Part shown: positions 60,779 to 64,000 of the stretch, in pieces | How the letters are laid out: each line of letters begins with the position of its first letter | Numbering within the stretch: the first letter of the stretch is position 1 | Source: Basidiobolus meristosporus CBS 931.73 | Lineage: Eukaryota > Fungi > Basidiobolomycota | NCBI GenBank assembly: GCA_002104905.1 | Contig: MCFE01000392.1 | Location: 18,747-82,746, forward strand | Length of the DNA: 64,000 nt | Direction: 5' to 3' | Made by a program: the position numbers and the translations under genes | Notes under the pieces: model-generated | Database searches by the model: none | Told to the model about the DNA's origin: nothing | Seen by the model: only the letters and a program-made list of their open reading frames with translations

Positions 60779-61091
60779 ACTATCACATCCTCATCAGTAG
60801 TTGGTATGCCCACAGATTCCATCTCATCCACCAGTAAGGTGATTCTGTTAATTAGATTTTTCATTTCTTCTCCTGACAGCATCTTTGTAGTAAAGAATTT
60901 TTGTCTAAGATACATTTTCTTAGCAGCTGAACATGACTGGTAGGTGTCTTCTAATGCCTTCCAGGCATTGTTTGCCAATTTTGCTCTTGAGCATTGAATT
61001 AGCAATTTGTCTTTGACATTAAGGCAAATGCAGTTAAAGGCACTTTGTTCTTTCTTCTGGTACTTGAAGGCATCCTCTCCCATGTTCTTAG

Positions 61092-64000
61092 TGTTGTAAG
61101 AGTCTTGGAGATATTGGAAGTGATTTGGAGAACAAGTAGATTTTGTGGTTTTCACTTAATAATTTATTGAATGTAGGAGTAGTATTTATACTTTTACCTG
61201 GTCTTGGCATTACAAACACGTAGAATAGGTTAAGAAAGGTCCCAAGAACATGTGTGCAAAGTTTGGGGCTGTTTGGACAACTTTGAGAATTTTCATGTTC
61301 TGGGTACCTGGTATTTTGGTGAAAATATTCTAAGTAAATCCCAACAAGGAATTTGGTCAGTATTCTCTAGGATTTGAAGGTGATGATCTAAGTGACTAAG
61401 TTAGGTGAATATTTAGGTGGAAATACATATTTTTACAACACTCCCACTCAGCTAAATGTTCATACTGGCTAGTCCTAATTTTGACCTAAGATATTCAAAC
61501 TTGTCTCTAGCTAATGGTTTGGTAAATATGTCTGCAATCATTTCATTTGTAGAGCAGTAAACTAAGCCAACTAAGTTATTCTCTATAGCTTCATATATGA
61601 AATGATGTCTAATATCTATGTGCTTGGTTCTAGCATGAAAAGTTGAATTTCTACCTAATTGTATACATCCTTGATTATCTTGAAATAAAGTAATAGGCGT
61701 TTTTGACATAGGCCTAAGTCTGTAAAGAGCTTTCTTAGCCACATTGCTTCTTTTGTAGCTTCACAGGCTGCCATATACTCTGCCTCTGTAGTAGAAAGTG
61801 CTACAGTTGGTTGCTTTCTTGAATTCCATGAAATTGCTCCTTTACAGTAAAGAAAGGTGTATCCTGTGGTGGATCTTCTGTCTTCCAAATTTTGTCCCCA
61901 ATCAGCATCAGAGTATCCCACAAGGTCCTGTTCTGAGTCCTTATAAGTGTATCTTAAGCAGATATCAGCAGTTCCTTTCAGGTATCTAAAAATCCACTTA
62001 ACTGCTGCAATATGATCAGATCCATAATTCTGATTATGTTGGCTGACAACTCCCACTGAATATGAGATATCTGGACGTGTTCCAGCCATCACATACATCA
62101 GACTGCCAACCATAGATTGATAAGGAAAGTCAGGGCTTTCAGATGGCACCAAGCTCTCTTGATTTGGTTGAGTTTTGACCAAGTTAAGGTTTGTCTCCAT
62201 TGGGGTAGCTGCCAGTTTACAGTCTATCATTTTGTACTTCTTTAGTATATCTTGAATATACTTGGATTGGCTTAGGGTGATAGTCTGGGTACTTCTGTCT
62301 ATGGAGAACTTAATCCCTAAGTAGTAACTAAGTTATCCTAGATTGGACATCTTGAACTCCTTAGATAGGCTGGATTTAGTCTCTTCCAATGTTTCTAGGT
62401 TATTGGCTGCTATAATAAGATCATCCACATATAGAGCTAATAGAACTGGATTTGCTCTATCTGGCTTATAATATATACTATAGTCAGCATTACTCCTTTT
62501 GAAACTCAATGATTCCAAATAAGAATCTCTCTTGCAATTCCAGGCTCTTGGTGATTGTTTGAGACCATATAGTGACTTTTTAAGCTTGCAGACCAAATGG
62601 GGGTTATCTTGGTCAATAAACCCATCAGGCTGGTCCATATACACGTCCTCATCAAGTTCTCCATTCAAAATGCAGTTTTTACATCCATTTGATGAATAAA
62701 AAACTTATATTTGGCTGCAATAGCCAATATTAATCTGATGGAATTAAACTTGGCTACCGGTGCAAAGGTCTTGGTATAGTCAAGTCCTTTTGTTTGAGAG
62801 TATCCTTTGGCTACAAGTCTTGCTTTGTATCTTTCAATTGTACCATCAGCCTTGTATTTTGTCTTGAAGACCCATCTGCATCCAATTGATTTTTGGTTGA
62901 TTGGTAATTTGACTAAGTCCCAAGTTTGATTTTCCATCAGTGCCTGATATTCCTCAGTCATTGCAGATCTCCAAAACTTTGTCTGAGGGCTATTTAGGGC
63001 CTCTTTTACAGTCTGGGGTTCATCAACATGGACTGAATAGGCATAGGCTAAGTTTGTACCCTCATTAATATAGTAATTTGGGCTATTTCTTGTCCGATTG
63101 GATCTCCGGGCATTTGATACTGGAATGATCACTTCTGGGATATTTCTGGGCACTGATTCTGGCTGAACCATGGTTGTAGAGTCCTCTGGATTGAAAAATT
63201 TTTCATTGTTTTTCTCTGATTCAATCCAGACAATTGGTGGACTTGAGATCAAATTTTTGTCATCATCTGATGTCATTTTTTGTGAAATTTTTGAATTTTC
63301 ATCAAACAACACATCCCTGGACTTGATCAGCTTCTTTGCTTTGGTATTGTAGAGTCTGTATGCCTTACTCTCATTGCAGTAGCCCAAAAATATGCATTTT
63401 ACACTTTTTGGCTCAAATTTTGACTGATTTCCGGCCAGTGTTTTGGCATATGCTGTACACCCAAATATTCTTAGATGCTCTGCACTTGGTCTGTATCCAT
63501 ACCATGCTTCAAATGGAGTAGAATCACAAAGTATTCTGTTATAACTCCTATTTTTAAGATATACAGCAGTGGCAACTAATTCCACCCAAACATCATAGGA
63601 TAATTTTTGATCATGGATCATAGATCTTGCCATATCAATTATTGATCTGTTAGCTTGTTCTGCTACTCCATTTTACTGTGGGGAGTATGGTATAGTAGGC
63701 TCTTGCTTTATCCCATGAATTTTGCAGAAGTGGATGAAGAGTTTTGAGGTATATTCTCCACCATTGTCAGAGCGTATTTTCCTGATTTTTTCACCAGTTT
63801 CTCTCTCCACCATGGCTTTAAACTCCCTGAGCTTAGACAGAGCTTCTTCCTTTCTCTCCATGAAGTAGACCCATGTGTATCTTGTATAATCATCAATAAA
63901 AGTGATTAAACACTTCATCCCACCTAAGGATAAATTTTTCATAGGTCCACACAGACCCAAGTGAATTAGATCTAATTTTTTCTTAGTTTTGATTAACCCA
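61092..64000 (-). mobile_element. Ty1/copia family C copy 2 (3' LTR 61092-61440, PPT, RNase H, RT, integrase), running off the window
   Basis: LTR matches family C. PPT at 61441-61449. ORFs 61452-63960 are nearly identical to C1. Candidate TSD CTTAG at 61087-61091; the partner is outside the window. Confidence 0.94.

Larger units (their letters stand above)
54628..61091 (-). mobile_element. Degenerate copia family C host copy (gag to integrase), split by C1 and cut by C2
   Basis: ORFs 54423-56120 (-) and 60784-61085 match family C gag, protease and integrase. Gag reads through across the ACTAT TSD. Confidence 0.88.

Noticed and set aside
1-64000. CRISPR arrays, rRNA/tRNA genes, and the many short antisense ORFs in the track
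   Set aside because: No repeat-spacer arrays or RNA-gene structures seen. The short ORFs are alternate-frame or antisense shadows of transposon genes and recur only because the elements are repeated.

Overview
This window is a eukaryotic, probably fungal, nest of transposable elements with no intact host gene and very strong CpG depletion. All comparisons were made by eye. It holds two Ty1/copia families. Family A has near-intact copies at 18528-23213 (+) and 30465-35147 (-) and a decayed copy at 1-2326. Family C has a full copy at 56097-60778 (+), a partial copy at 61092-end (-), a host copy at 54628-61091, a solo LTR and older relics. There are three Ty3/gypsy families: G1 at 12691-17629 (-); G2 at 42591-49783 (+) with a decayed relative at 51245-54627; and a G3 relic at 4134-7737. 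A CMC/EnSpm (CACTA-superfamily, Transposase_21-like) DNA transposon family with CCCTATGAAA termini is present in several pieces. A PIF/Harbinger-related (DDE_Tnp_4) element at 29700-37764 has AGACTT termini and AAT target duplications, and a 734-bp foldback MITE at 52233-52966 shares its ends. Most boundaries are fixed by TSDs, several confirmed by paralogous empty sites inside the window. The standout is a CMC element whose ~1.3-kb transposase core is replaced by a 536-bp intron-containing fragment of the host RACK1 gene, which is Pack-type gene capture.
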